From: Heterodontus francisci
Taxonomy: Eukaryota
Direction: 5' to 3'
Length of the DNA stretch: 64,000 bases
NCBI RefSeq assembly: GCF_036365525.1
Contig: NW_027140807.1
Coordinates: 1,674,001 to 1,738,000, forward strand
Position numbers and translations under genes: made by a program. Positions 12,850 through 25,300 of this stretch are shown here, piece after piece; the stretch's first letter is position 1; every line of letters begins with the position of its first letter. The notes beneath the pieces were generated by a model. That model made no database searches, had not been told where the DNA came from, and worked only from the letters and a program-made list of their open reading frames with translations.

Positions 12850-14400
12850 ACGGCACTGAAGAAGGCCATTCGGACCATCGGGTCCATGCTGGCTCTTCAC
12901 GGTGCTGTGCAGTCAGTCCACTCCCCTGGCTCGATCCCTGTAGCCCTGCAAGTCTATTTCTCTCAGGTGGCTATCCGACTATATCTTGAAGTCATTGATC
13001 ATCTCCGCTTCCACCATCCTGTGGGCAGTGAGTTCCAGGTCATTAACACTCTCAGTGCAAAGAAAGTTCTTCCTCATATTTCACTGCATCTCTTACCCAA
13101 ACCTTCAACCTCCTGATTGTACCATTAGTTAATGGGAACCGTTTTTCCTTGTCTGAGTTATCTGTACCCGGTGCCTTTATTTATGAAGCCCAAGATCCCA
13201 CATGCTTTCCTAACCAAGCTCTCACTATGTCCTGCCATTTCCAAAGATGTGTGCACATACACCCCCAGGTCCCTCTGTCCCTGCACACTCTTTACAACTG
13301 TGCCATTAAGTATATATTGTCTCTCCCTATTCCTTCTGCTAAAATGCATCACCTCACACTTGTCAGAATGAAATTCCATTGGTCACCTTTCTGCCCATTC
13401 TGCTCGTCTATCTATGACCTGATCCAGGCAGTTCATATCATCTTCACTGTTTGCTGCACCTCCAGGTTTGGTGTGGAGAGCAAATGTTGAGATTCTGCTC
13501 TGTATTTCAAGATCCAAGTCATTTATATGTTGCAGAAAAAGCAGTGGTCCCAGCACTGACCCATGGGGGAACACCAGTGACTACCATCCCTCAGTCAAAA
13601 AAGCAACCATTTACTACGATTCGCTGTTTCCTGTCCTGACGGCACTTTTTCACCCAATTGAACACTGACCCTCTCATCCATGAGCCTCAGTTGTGTTAAC
13701 CAGCCTTTTATGTGGTAAATTGTCAAGCGCTTTCTTAAAATCCACATAAACAACATCCACCACATTCACTCCATCGACCTTCTCTGTTGCTTCATCAAAG
13801 AATTTAATTAGATTAGTCAATAATGTTCTGCCTTTTAAAAATCCATGCTGGCTACCCTTAATTAAACTCGAACCTCTATAACAGTCTATTGATTTTTCTC
13901 TGATTATTGTTTCTAGAACCAAACTCATCACTGATGTTAAACTAAGTGGCCTGTAGTTGCTCGGACTGTCCTTACACCCTTTCCTGAATATGGGTTTGCC
14001 ACTCTGTCGTCTCTGGCACCTCCCCCATAACCAGGGAAGATATAAAGATTACGGCAAGCCCTTCTTCTCTCTCTACCCCCCAATTCCTTTCGCAACCTGG
14101 GATACAAGTTATCTGAACCAGGTGACTTATCCACCCAAAGCATAGCCAGCCTTTTTAGTACCAGCTCCCAATTGTTATCCTATCCATTGCCTCTACTCTC
14201 TCTGCTTCTGCAGATAATTTTCAGCCTCCAGTTCCTTCGTGAACACTGATACAAAGTTCTCATTAAGTATATTAGCTTTGCCCTGTGCCTCAAAGCACAT
14301 ATTACACTCTCCGTCCTTACTTGACCCCTCTTTACCTCTTACTACTCACTTACTATTTACGTGCTGGTAGAAGATCTGTGAGCCCCTTTTATGAATCTCC
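12850..14400 (-). mobile_element. Decayed CR1 LINE fragments
   Basis: DKSPGSD, SQHGFLKGR, DFKKA, HGSVLGPLLF and DKCEVMHF motifs in short - strand ORFs. Confidence 0.8.
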
Positions 14401-17340
14401 CTCTCCGCTTTCCACATTGAGGCTGAAATGGGCTTTGTTTGCAACGATTACATCATCCAGGTCTGATCAGATACTCGGAGCTTTTGTGAACGAATTCCCA
14501 TCAACCTCAACAAGTTGTGCAATTTCCCCATTTGTCAGTGTTTTACCCCCTTCTGATGTTGTTCAATTTGTTAGTGTTTTTCCCCTGCTGAAGTTGTTGC
14601 TGTATTTATTGTCTTTTTTTCACTGAAGTTGTTGTTGAACCTGTTGGTGTCTTTGCCCAGCTGAAGTTGCTGCTGCATTGCTTGATGTACTTCCCTAAAG
14701 TTGTTGGTGAAGTTGTTGGTGTTTCCCCTGCTGACGTTGTGAGAATATTAGTTGTTTTCTTTACTCCCCCTTCCCCTAAAGTTGCAGGATTTGTTGGTGA
14801 TTGCTTCCTGAAGTTGTTGTTGAATTTGTTGGTGTAATTTTCCTGTTGAAGTTGTTGTGATGTTTGTTTTTATTTCTCCTGAAGAAGTTGTTGAATTTGT
14901 TGGTGTCTTTCTGCTCCTGAAGTTGTTGTATTTGTTGTTCTTTTTCCCCCTCCTGAAGTAGTTGTTGAATTCCCCTGTTCCTCCTGAACATGTTACACTC
15001 ACCACCCCTCATGACTCAGCTTTCACTCTCAGTGTATCCCTGAGTGAAATCTCTCTAATATCTGCTTCCAGCGTCTCCCTGGGACCCTGTTCCACAGAGT
15101 GAACTCCTTCTCATTGAAATAACCTTTCTGCAGGTTCGTTTCCAGGTCAAATAATTAAAACATTAAGTAACTATTACAACAAAGAGTATTGTCCCTTTTC
15201 CCTCAAGGGAGCTGGAATAGAAAGCGCTGGGTGTTGTGTTACTGTTGTATGCAGCTCGGATTAGTCCCCTTCTGGAGAAACCATGTTGAGTTCTGTGCAT
15301 CAAAACTCAGGAAGGATGTCTCAGCCTTGGAAGTAATGACACCAGGTCTAAAAGGGTTAAATTAGCTTCACAGTTTGCATGGCCTAATGTCATATTCTCT
15401 TAAGTATAGGAGATTAAAGGGTGATCTCATTGAAATATTTAGGGCGATTAAAGGATTCGATGGTGTTAATGGACAGAAACAATTTCCTCTGCTGGGGGAG
15501 TCCAGGGCAAGGTGGGGTGGGGCTGTTTAGGAGTGATGTCAGGAAACGCTGGTTCACACAGCAGGAAGTGGAAATCTGGAACTCTCTCCCTCAAAAAGCT
15601 CTACAGATGGGGGTTTGAGGGGTTTAATCAGACATTCCAAAGCAGAGATTGCTAGATTGATGTTAGGTGAGGGTATTAAATGATATGGAATTCAACAACA
15701 ACTTCAGGAGAAAAACAACAACATCGAGAAAAAACACCAATAGATTCAACAGCAACTTTAGCAGGAGACAAACAGGAAAAAATACAAAAACAACTGCACC
15801 AGAAAAATAACCCACTAACAAGCTCAGCCATAACTTCAACAGGAGAAAAATAAAGTACTAATAAAATCAACAACAACTTCAACAGGAGAAAAACACCAAC
15901 AAAGTCAACAACAACTTTAGCAGGAGAAAAACACCAACAAATTCAACAACAACCTCAAGGAAAAAAGCACCAACAAATTCAACAACAAGAAAAACACCAA
16001 CAAATTCAACAACAACTTCTGCAGGAGTAAACAACAACAAATTCAAAACAACAACCTCAACAGGAAAAACACCAAAAATTTCAACAACAACCTCAGCAGG
16101 AAAAACAGCAACAAATGCAACAACAACTTCAACAGGAAAAACACCAACAAAGTCAACAACAACTTCAGCAGGAGAAAAAAACAAAAGAAACAAAAACAAC
16201 TTCAGCAGGATCTGCACATTGTCAGTTCGTGGGATCTTGCCTTGTGGAAACTGGCTGCCACACTTCCTGCATTACAGCAGCGCCTGTACTTCGAAACAGT
16301 AGCAAAGAATATGGGAATAGCAAAACATATGAGATGAGCAAAACTGTGAGATCTTGGGCTTCATAAATAGAGGCACTGCCTACAAAATATGGGAAGTTAT
16401 GCTGAATCTTTATAAAGCTCTAGTTAGGCCACAACTGGACAATTGCATCCAGTTCTGCTCACCACACTTTAGGAAGGAGGTGAGTTTCCTTGAGAGGGTG
16501 TAGAGGAGATTTACCACAATGGTTTCGGGGATAGGGGATTTTAATTACAAGGTTAGGTTGGAAAACCTGGAGAAAATGAGATTGAGTGGAGACCTGATAG
16601 AGGTGTACACGATTGTGACAGGTTTAGATGAGGATCACAAAGAAAAGCTGCTCCTCACCCAGGAGTCAGTTCCCCAGTTCCACTGACTAGTCCCACAGTG
16701 TTGGTGTTCCTGCTCCTCGCTCCAGCTGCAGGGAATTTACAGCACAGAAACAGAGCATTCGGCCAGACACGTCCATGCAGGCCTTTTTGGTCCACACGAA
16801 CGTCGTTCCACGCCCTCTTCATCTCGCCCCCAGCCACATCTCCTTCTGTTCCTCTCTCCCTCATGTCCTATGCAGCACGCCCCCCCGACCCCCCATCCCC
16901 CCGCCACCCCCAGCTTAAATACATCTTGCCTATTCCCCTCAGCCTGTGGTAATGAGTTCCACATTCTCCTCACTCTCTGGGTGAAGATGTTTCTCCCGAA
17001 TTCCCAATTGGATTTATTGGTGACTGTCTTATATTGATGACCCCTCCCCCTTTTTCTGGACGCGCCCGCAAATGGAAAAAATCTTCTCTACATTTATCTG
17101 ATCGAAACCCCTTTCATAATCTTAAAGAGCTCTATCAGGTCACTCCTCAGCCTTCTCTTTTATGGAGAAAAGAGCCCCAGTCTGTTCAGTCTTTTCCTGA
17201 TCATTATCACCTCTCAGTTCTGATATCATCCTTGAACATCTTTCTGTGTCTTCATGTGGAAGACATGTTCACACTGCAACAGATAAACCGAACAGGATAC
17301 AGAGCTGCAGGCTTTTATCTGAAACAGGTGTTTCTGTTGG

Positions 17341-17379
17341 TGTTTTTGTTGAACTGCTCCGTCTCTCTGAGTCACTGTG
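17341..17379 (-). other. 23-bp-spacer recombination signal sequence of the TRBV segment
   Basis: CACAGTG-actcagagagacggagcagttca (23 nt)-ACAAAAACA directly after CAWS. Confidence 0.95.
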
Positions 17380-17872
17380 CTGACTCCAGGCACAGAAATA
17401 CAGGGCCGAGTGATTCTCCCGCAGGCTGGTGGTCTCCAGGTTGAACTGGGAACCAGTCGGTCGTTTGGCATTGAAGCCCTCCACCATCCCCTCTGAGTTC
17501 ACACCTGGTGTAGCTGCAGAGTAAAACATCAGCCGCGGCTCCTTCCCCGGGTCCTGTCTGTACTAGAACATGTAACCGCTACTCTCACCCTCCACATGGC
17601 ACTCCAGTCCCACTCCCTCCCCAGGAAATCTGGAGACGGCGGTGTGAGTCTGGTGGACCCTCGCTGAGATCGCGCCTGCGGGAAGAGACCGGGAGAGAAG
17701 AAGGTCAGTGAACAGGGACAAACTGGGATGTGAAGAATGAAGGAAGGAGAGAAAGATAGAGAGAAAGAAAATAAGAAAGAGAGCTGTTAACACAAACAAT
17801 GGGTGTGTGGGGTGGTGGTGAGAATGATCCCTTACTTTGAAATCAGACCATGAGACTCAGTAACAGATACAT
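17380..17872 (-). pseudogene. TRBV: T-cell receptor beta variable segment (TRBV30-like, CAWS type), pseudogene
   Basis: Leader exon 17872-17836 (MYLLLSLMV*FQ, donor gtaagg). V exon 17675-17380 after cccgcag acceptor: SAISARVHQTHTAVSRFPGEGVGLECHVEGESSGYMF*YRQDPGKEPRLMFYSAATPGVNSEGMVEGFNAKRPTGSQFNLETTSLRENHSALYFCAWS. Stops: TGA 17843-17845 in the leader, TAG 17563-17565 at the conserved Trp. Confidence 0.92.
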
Positions 17873-18911
17873 CTTCCACTGGAAGCTGATCCTGCAATTG
17901 GGAAATCAGTGGAAAGAAGAGAGTTGAGTCCTGTGAGAAGCCACATGAAGACTCAAGCAAGTGATTCAGGTTTGTCCAACACCTCCCTCCCTGATGGGGA
18001 TCCCACACCCCTCTCTCTACCATTGGCTGCCAGTAGTTGTCGTTGCATTTGTTGGTATCGCTCTGCTGCTAAAGTTGTTGTTGTATTTGTTGTTGTATTT
18101 GCTGGTGTTTTTCTCCGACTGAGGTTGTTGAATTTGTTGGTGCTTGAATCTCCTGCTGATCTGTTGTTGAATTTGTTGGCGTTGTTCGCCTGCTGAGGTA
18201 GTTGTTGTGTTTTCCCTGCTGGGGTTTTTGTTGTGTTTTTTGTTTTCTTCCCTGCTTAAGTTGCTGTTGGAATTTTTTTAATGTTGAGTTTGTTGTTGCA
18301 TTATTTCGAGGTTTTTTTGCCCCCTGCTGAGGTTATTTTCTCTTTTTTAATTCATTCATGAGATTTTGGGCGACGCTGGTTGAGGCCAGCATTTATTGGC
18401 TATCCTTAATCGCCCTTGAGAAGGTGGTGGTGAGCTGCCTTCTTGAACCACTAGGTCCATGTGGGGTAGGTACACCCACAGTGCTGTTCGGAAGGGTGTT
18501 CCAGGATTTTGACCCACGAAAGTGAAGGAACGGTGATATAGTTCCAAGTCAGGATGGTGTGTGACTTGGAAGGGAACTTGCAGACGGTGATGTTCCCATG
18601 CGTCTGCTGCCCTTGTCCTTCTAGATGGTAGAGCTCATGTGTTTGGACGGTGCTGTCAAAGGAACCTTGGTGCGTTACTGCAGTACATCTTGTAGCTGGT
18701 ACAAACTGCTGCCACTGTGCGTCGGTGGCGGAGGGAGTGAATATTTAAGGTGGTGTTTGTTTAATTAGATTCCCCCAGCTGCTGTGGTGGGATTTGAACT
18801 CCTGTGCTCTGGATCATTTGGTCGAGGCCTCTGGATTACTAGTCCCTGTAAAATAACAGCTGTGCCACCGTACTCCCAGAGACTGGGGTTAGGTGTATTA
18901 CACAATTCCCA

Positions 18912-18950
18912 AGTTTTTGCCATGTTTCCTTGCATTCTAGTTACACTGTG
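18912..18950 (-). other. 23-bp-spacer RSS of the second V segment
   Basis: CACAGTG-taactagaatgcaaggaaacatg (23 nt)-GCAAAAACT, a few codons after YYC. Confidence 0.88.
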
Positions 18951-19233
18951 TGTATCCTTGTGAGCCCCACAGTAGTAAGTGCTGTTGGCTTGGACCCGGG
19001 AGCTTTTCAATGACAGAGTGAAAATGTTTGCCTGAGTCTCGTGCTGGGTTTCAATCCTTTTCCTGTCGTTCAATGAAGAAAGTACACTCTACCTGATCCA
19101 TTCCATGCAGTCACCAATCTGCAAGTACCAGTCCAAGCAACACTCAGTCATGTTGCCCTGCCCAATGCTTCTGTGGAACGTGGCTTCCTCCACGGGAACC
19201 AGGGTTTTTGACCACCGGGGACTGGAGAACCAT
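18951..19233 (-). pseudogene. Degenerate antigen-receptor V segment, probably TCR delta-like (TRDV2-type)
   Basis: VLQSPVVK..(frameshift)..VPVEEATFHRSIGQGNMTECCLDWYLQIGDCMEWIR*SVLSSLNDRKRIETQHETQANIFTLSLKSSRVQANSTYYCGAHKDT. WY.Q, EWI, FTL and STYYC framework motifs are present; the first Cys is lost; stop at 19089-19091. Class assignment is by recalled motif resemblance only. Confidence 0.75.
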
Positions 19234-19939
19234 CTAACAAGATTCTTGACACAGGATCCAAATCAATGGGGAGAGAACGACCGCGGGTTACAGGGCGGGA
19301 CAGAGGCAAAAGCAGAAGAGAGGGAATAAGAAGGAGACAAATTATTCTTCTCCAGTCACGCTGCTACATTCACACTTATATTTGCTCCACAGGTTAAGCC
19401 CAATTATAAATCAGATTTATGGCATTGATAAAACTATAAATGCACCAAACTCGGAAGGATTAACACAAACCAGCTCAGTCTGCATCTGAGAAAAATGAAA
19501 ATTGGTAATGTTTAATGATGATACTCTGTCAGAATAATCCTAACTGCTGTTCACATCAAGGAACAGTAAATTATTTCAATTTGGTTGACGAGGAGATTAT
19601 GTATAGCAATGCAAAAAGTAACTATTACGAACATTAATTTCATCAACAATGGGACCAAATGGGGATAGTGGTGTTTCCTGTCTTAAAGCTGGAAAGCAGT
19701 AATATGGAAAGCAGATCTCAAACTACTTTGAGATTCTTTTCAGAGGTGGAGGCTCGTTATAAGCAGTGTGATCAAACCGCCCCTGCTGCTGTGGAAACTG
19801 CAGATAGGTCAAATAACCAGTGTCACTGGCGTTGTATTCCTTGCAGAGCACCCTCTGACCACATCATACCAACAAAACCTTAGAGGGGAACAGAGCCGGA
19901 CAGGCAGAGGCCATCCCGGGGAACCCCACATAGGGAGAA

Positions 19940-20520
19940 ATAAAGAGAGAATGAGAGAGAGAGAACAACTGAGAGAGAGCAAGGGAGAGGTAGACTGAGG
20001 CAAAGACAGAGAGAGAGAGAGAGACAGACTGATTAACAAAGCCACTGAGAGATGGAATGATTCAGGGAAAATTAGTTCGAAAGAGAGAGAGAGAGAGATT
20101 GAGAGAACGAGTGACAGATGGAGAGAATGAGGCAATAGGAGGTGCAGAGACAGACAGGGAGAGACAGAGACAGAGCAACACAGAGACAGGAAATGAGAGG
20201 AGATAGGCAGAATTAATTAGAGACAGAGAGACAGAATGAGACTGAGTGCGTGTGAGAGAGAAATAGAGACAGACAGCAAGAGAAAGCGTGGAAATGAGAG
20301 GCGAGAAAGAGAGGGGATGGAAAGAAGAGAGTGAGATAAAAAGGGAGAATGAGAATGGGTGTGTGTGTGAGAGACAGAAAGAGCAACAGAGCTGAGAGGA
20401 AATGAGAGAAGGAAAGAGAGACAGGGATAAAGAAAGAGAATGAGAGTGAGTGTGTGTGAGAGAGGAAAGATAACAAGAGCAACAGAGACAGAGAAACAGG
20501 CATGAAGAGAGAGAGAAAGG
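19940..20520 (+). repeat. GA-rich low-complexity tract (similar CT/GA tracts at ~4700-5270, 5750-6100, 41200-41585, 57300-58010 and 58500-58830)
   Basis: Direct inspection. Confidence 0.9.
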
Positions 20521-20721
20521 AAACAATTTTACAGAACAATGTAAACGATGTTTTTTATAATCAATATTGGTGAAGTCTGATGTGTTTCCTGGTCCTAGCT
20601 CGCCCTCTGCTGTCCCCCTGGAGGAGAAAACACCCCAAAAATACAAAAACAACTGCAGCAGAAAAAAACACTAACAATTTCAACAATAACTTCAACAGTA
20701 AAAATAAAAGCACCAATGAAA

Positions 20722-20990
20722 AGGGCGGTACAGTGGCCCAGTTGTTAGCACCGCAGCCTCATAGCTCCAGCGACCCGGGTTCAATTCTGGGTACTGCCTG
20801 TGTGGAGCTTGCAAGTTCTTCCTGTGTCTGCGTACTTTCCTCTGGGTGCTCCGGTTTCCTCCCACATGCCATTATAAATTGCCCGTGGTATAGGTAGGTG
20901 GGAGGGAAATACAGGGACAGGTGGGGATGTGGTAGGAATATGGAATGAGTGTAGGATTAGTATAAATGGGTGGTTGGTGGTCGGCCCAGA
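20722..20990 (+). mobile_element. tRNA-derived V-SINE (HE1-like)
   Basis: A/B-box-like head (GTGGCCCAGTTGTTAGC...GGTTCAATTC) and V-domain core TGTGGAG.TTGCA.GTTCT...GCTCCGGTTTCCTCCCACA. Confidence 0.85.
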
Positions 20991-21394
20991 CTTGTCGACT
21001 CAAGCAAGTGATTTAGGTTTGCACAACGCCTCCCTCCCTGATGGGGAACCCACGCCCCTCTCTCTACCATTGGCTGCCAGTAGTTGCTGTTGAATTTGTT
21101 GGTATCATTCTGCTGCTGAGGTTGTTGTTGTATTTGCTGGTGTTTTCCTCCGACTGAGGTTGTTGAATTTGTTGGTGTTTGAATCTCCTGCTGATCTGTT
21201 GTTGAATTTGTTGGCCTTGTTCTCCTGCTGAGGTAGTTGTTGTGTTGGTTGGTGTTTTCCCTGCTGAAGTTTTTGTTGTACTTGTTGTTTTCTTCCCTGC
21301 TTAAATTGTTGTTCAATTCGGTTTTTGCATGCTGAGGTTGTTGTTGTATTTTTGGTGTTTTTCTTTCCCTGCTGAGGTTATTTTCTCTTTTTTA

Positions 21395-22345
21395 ATTCAT
21401 TCATGGGATTTTGGGCGATGCTGGTTGAGGTCAGCATTTATTGTCCATCCCTAATTGCCCCTTCAGAAGGTGGTGGTGAGCTGCCTTCTTGAACGACTGC
21501 AGTCCATGTAGTGTAGGTACACCCACAGTGCTGTTAGGAAGGGAGTTTCAGGATTTTGACCCACAGTTAGTGAAGGACAGCCGATATAGTTCCAAGTCAG
21601 GATGGTGTGTGACTTGGAGGGGAACCTGCAAGTGGTGGTGTTCCCATGCATCTGCTGCCCTTGTCCTTCTAGGTGGTAGAGGTTGCGGGTTTGGAAGGTG
21701 TTGACGGAGGGAGCCTTGGTGCATTGCTGCAGTCGATCTTGTAGATGGTACACACTGCTGACACTATGCATCAGTGGTTGAGGGAGTGAATGTTTGTAGA
21801 TGGGGTGCCAATCAAGCGGGCTGCTTTGCCCTGGATGGTGTCGAGCTTCTTGAGTGTTGTTGGAGCTGCACCCATCCAGGCAAATGGACAGTATTCCATC
21901 ACACTCCTGACTTGTGCCTTGTGGATGGTGGACAGGCTTTGGGGAGGCAGGAGGTGAGTTACTCGCCGCATGATTCCTAGCCTCTGACCTGCTCTTGTAG
22001 CCACAGTATTTATATGGCTACTCCAGTTCAGATTCTGTTCAATGGCAATCCCCAGGATGTTGATAGTGGGGGATTCAGCGATGGTAATGCCATTGAATGT
22101 CAAAGGGAGATGGTTATATTCTCTCCTGTTGTAGATGGTCAATGCGTGGCACTTGTGTGGTGCGAATGTTACTTGCCACTTATCAGCCCAAGCCTGGATG
22201 TTGTCCAGGTCTTGCTACATCTGAACACGGGCTGCTTCAGAATCTGAGCTGTCGCGAATGATGCTGAACATTGTGAAATCATCAGTGAACATCCCCACTC
22301 TGACCTTATGATTGAAGGGAATTTCATTGATGAAGCAGTTGGAGA
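21395..22345 (-). mobile_element. 3' part of a CR1-superfamily LINE (RT C-terminus + 3' UTR); related fragment at ~18350-18755
   Basis: ORF 21771-22142 contains ILGIAIEQNLNWSSHIN and KAQVRSVMEYC, typical LINE RT C-terminal motifs. Confidence 0.75.
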
Positions 22346-25300
22346 TGGTGGAACAGGACGTACCCGGGGATGGCGATAGCGAGCTCTGTGACATTGTCTG
22401 TAAGGCATGATTCCCTGAGTATGACTATGTCAGGTTGTTGCTTGACAGCTCTCCCAACCTTGGCACAAGGCCCGAAATGTTGGTAAGGAGGACCGTGCAG
22501 ATTCAACATGTTGTTGCATCTGCTGCTGTTTTTCACCTGCTGAAGTTGTCTTTGTTGCTTTTCTCCTCCTGACGCACTTCTTGAATTCTGTTGGTGTTTT
22601 TTTCTCCTCCTGACATTGGTTGGTGAGCTTTTGTTTGCCAACGTTGCTTCTGAATTTGTTGGTGTTTTCCCCCGCTGAGGCTGTTGTTGAATGTGTTGAT
22701 GCTTTTCGTGCTGAGGTTTTTGTTGTATTTGTTGTATTGCCCGGAGGAGGTTACAGAGATAGGGAGGGTTGTAGGGCTGGAGGAGGTTACAGTGAAAGGG
22801 AGTATTGTAGGGGCTGGAGGAAGTTTAAGAGATAGGAAGGGTTGTAGGTCTGGAGGAGGTTACAGCGATAGGGAGGGTTGTAGGGCTGGAGGAGGTGACA
22901 GAGATAGGGAGTATTGTAGGGGCTGGAGGAAGTTACAGAGATAGGGAGGGTTGTAGGGATGGAGGATGTTACAGAGATAGGGAGGGTTGTAGGGCTAGAG
23001 GAGGTTTCAGAGATAGAGAGGATTGTCGGGGCTGGAGGAGGTTACAGAGACAGGGAGGGTTGTTGGGCTGGAGAAGGTTACAGAGATAGGGAAGATTGTG
23101 GGGGCTGGAGGAGGGAACAGAGATAGGGAGGGTTGTCGGGGCTGGACGAAGTTACAGAAATAAGGAAGTTTGTTGGGGGCTGGAGGGGGTTACATCGATA
23201 GGGAGCGTTGTCGGGTCAGGAGGAGGTTACTGAAACAGGGAAGCTTGTAGGGGGCTGGAGGGGGTTACGGATAATGGGAGGGTTGCGTTACCTTAAGCAG
23301 GATACAGACATAGGGAGGATTGGAGGAGCTGGAGGAGGTTACAGAGACAGGGATAATTGTCACTGTTCATCGAGTGCACTCAGTGTTAACCCCAGTATCA
23401 TTCTGGTGAATCTCAGCTGTATCTGGTCTCAGGCAAACAGCTGCTTGTTGAGGAAGGTGCCCAGACTGTGTGCAATATTCCAAATGTAGTCTAACCAGAG
23501 CCTCCGACAACTGTGGCATTACCTCCAAACCCTTTGTATTGTAGCTTCTTCCATTAATCACACGTTCCATAATGCATGACTGGATGCACGCATACACCAC
23601 ACACACTCTCCCAACACTCTCTCTCTCCCACCCCCTCTCTCTCAGTTTGTTTGACTATGTTGTTAGTTGTGCATCTTTGTCCTTCAGCTGATCTTATCTG
23701 TGCCTCTGATATGAAGAGTCTATTGTTCTCAGTCTTTGACAAACACAATAGCTTCCTGCTTTGTAAAAGTTGACATTTTCCGAGTTGACACACGGCACAA
23801 CATTCAAATCTGTTAATCCCAGGGAATGCAAATATCAAAGCCGGCTCAGAAGAGCTAATGGGCCCATTGTGGGACTGAATGAATATCTGACAACCTGGCA
23901 TGGACTCAGGGGCACTGACAGAATCAGCAATCCAGTGAGAATGGAAACTGTGGAAACTATCAAGGACTAGGCGTTGGACATGGGCTGGTTGGGACCGAGA
24001 TGCACATTCAGACGCCCCTTTTCACAGGCAGTGTAACATTGAGTAACAATGTGCTGCAAGGTGATTGTGATTACTGAGGGGACAGTGACATTGTGATTCT
24101 GTCACAGGAATATTATCTAGAACCCTGGACTGACTGCACTGCCCAATGTGCTAATGATCGAACAGAGAAATGTGGGGTCAGACGAATCCCACCCCATCAG
24201 AAACAAATCCTAGAATAGTACAACAGAGGGAGGCCATTCGGGCCATCGAGGGTTTGTCATCTCTTTCGAAAATCAACTCAGTTAATCCAACTCCGTTCTC
24301 TTTCACCATTTCCCTCATTTAATTCCCCTTCAAGTATTGAGTCAATTCCCTTTTTGAATAATACCATTGAATTTCCACCACCCTATCAGACATTGCCCTC
24401 CAAATCCAAACCACTCATGATATTAAAAAACATTTATCCTCATGTCACCTCTGGTACCTTTGCCCATCACATTAAAGATGTGCCCTCTGGTGATCTATCG
24501 AATCTCCCCTTAACCTTCTCTGCTCTAAGGAGAATGTCCCTTTCTAGCCCAGTCTTTTTACTTGACTGAAATTCCTCACTAACTGAACCATCCGAGCAAA
24601 TCTCTGCTGCACCCTCTCCAAAGCCTGCAGGTCTTTCCGAAAGTGTGGTGCCCTGAATTGGGCACAATGTTCCAACAGGGACCGAACTGGTGTTTTATAC
24701 AGGTTTGGCATGACTCCGGGAGTTTTGTACTTGACCTCTCTATTTACAAAGCCCAGAATGCAATATGATTTATTAATCGCTTTCTCAACCTACCCTGCCA
24801 CCTTTAAATATTCCTGCACAAGCACCCCCAGGTCTCTCTGTTCTTGCACCACTTCACAAATTGTATTGTTTCCTCTCTCCTCATTCTTGCAGTCAAAATC
24901 AAACATATCAAAGACTAATCCCACCCCTATCTGGGACAAATTATCTGCTTATTATTATTCGGTCAGTAATGGACAATGGTCTGCCAGTAACTCTATAAAG
25001 TTTACATACAACACTTTTACTTCCATAAAACAACATCCTGGGTGGTTCTTGTATTGAAGTTTATACCTGAAGCCCACTGCTATCTCAATGTTGGCAGTTG
25101 AGGAGCAGTCAGTGACTGAGACATTAATATCTAGTCAGGGACCCCTCACAATATCCCATGTCCTGAATACTCAAACACTCTCTCACTGAGACATTTATGT
25201 CCTCCTCATTCTGGTTTGTATGTGTTACTAACGCTGTATCTGTGCTATTTAGGAGATGGTATCACTGTCGCTGATGTGAGGATTTCATTGTTCTCATTCT

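Larger units (their letters stand above)
14530..22740. repeat. Dispersed blocks of a ~35-40-bp GTT/CAA-rich degenerate tandem repeat (~14530-14970 +, 15690-16210 inverted, 18030-18340 +, 20620-20715 inverted, 21080-21390 +, 22505-22740 +)
   Basis: Consensus approximately TGAAGTTGTTGTTGAATTTGTTGGTGTTTTTCTCCTGC; confined to the V-segment interval. Confidence 0.85.

Noticed and set aside
14748-16366. Gln/Asn-rich or hydrophobic Val/Phe-rich ORFs resembling low-complexity or membrane proteins
   Set aside because: They are translations of the GTT/CAA repeat blocks.
16694-16700. Isolated CACAGTG heptamer next to GGACTAG (D-beta-like on the - strand)
   Set aside because: No nonamer at 12 or 23 bp and no second RSS, so it is not a supportable D or J segment.
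20722-20800. tRNA-like A/B boxes (also 61626-61700)
   Set aside because: They are heads of V-SINEs, not tRNA genes.
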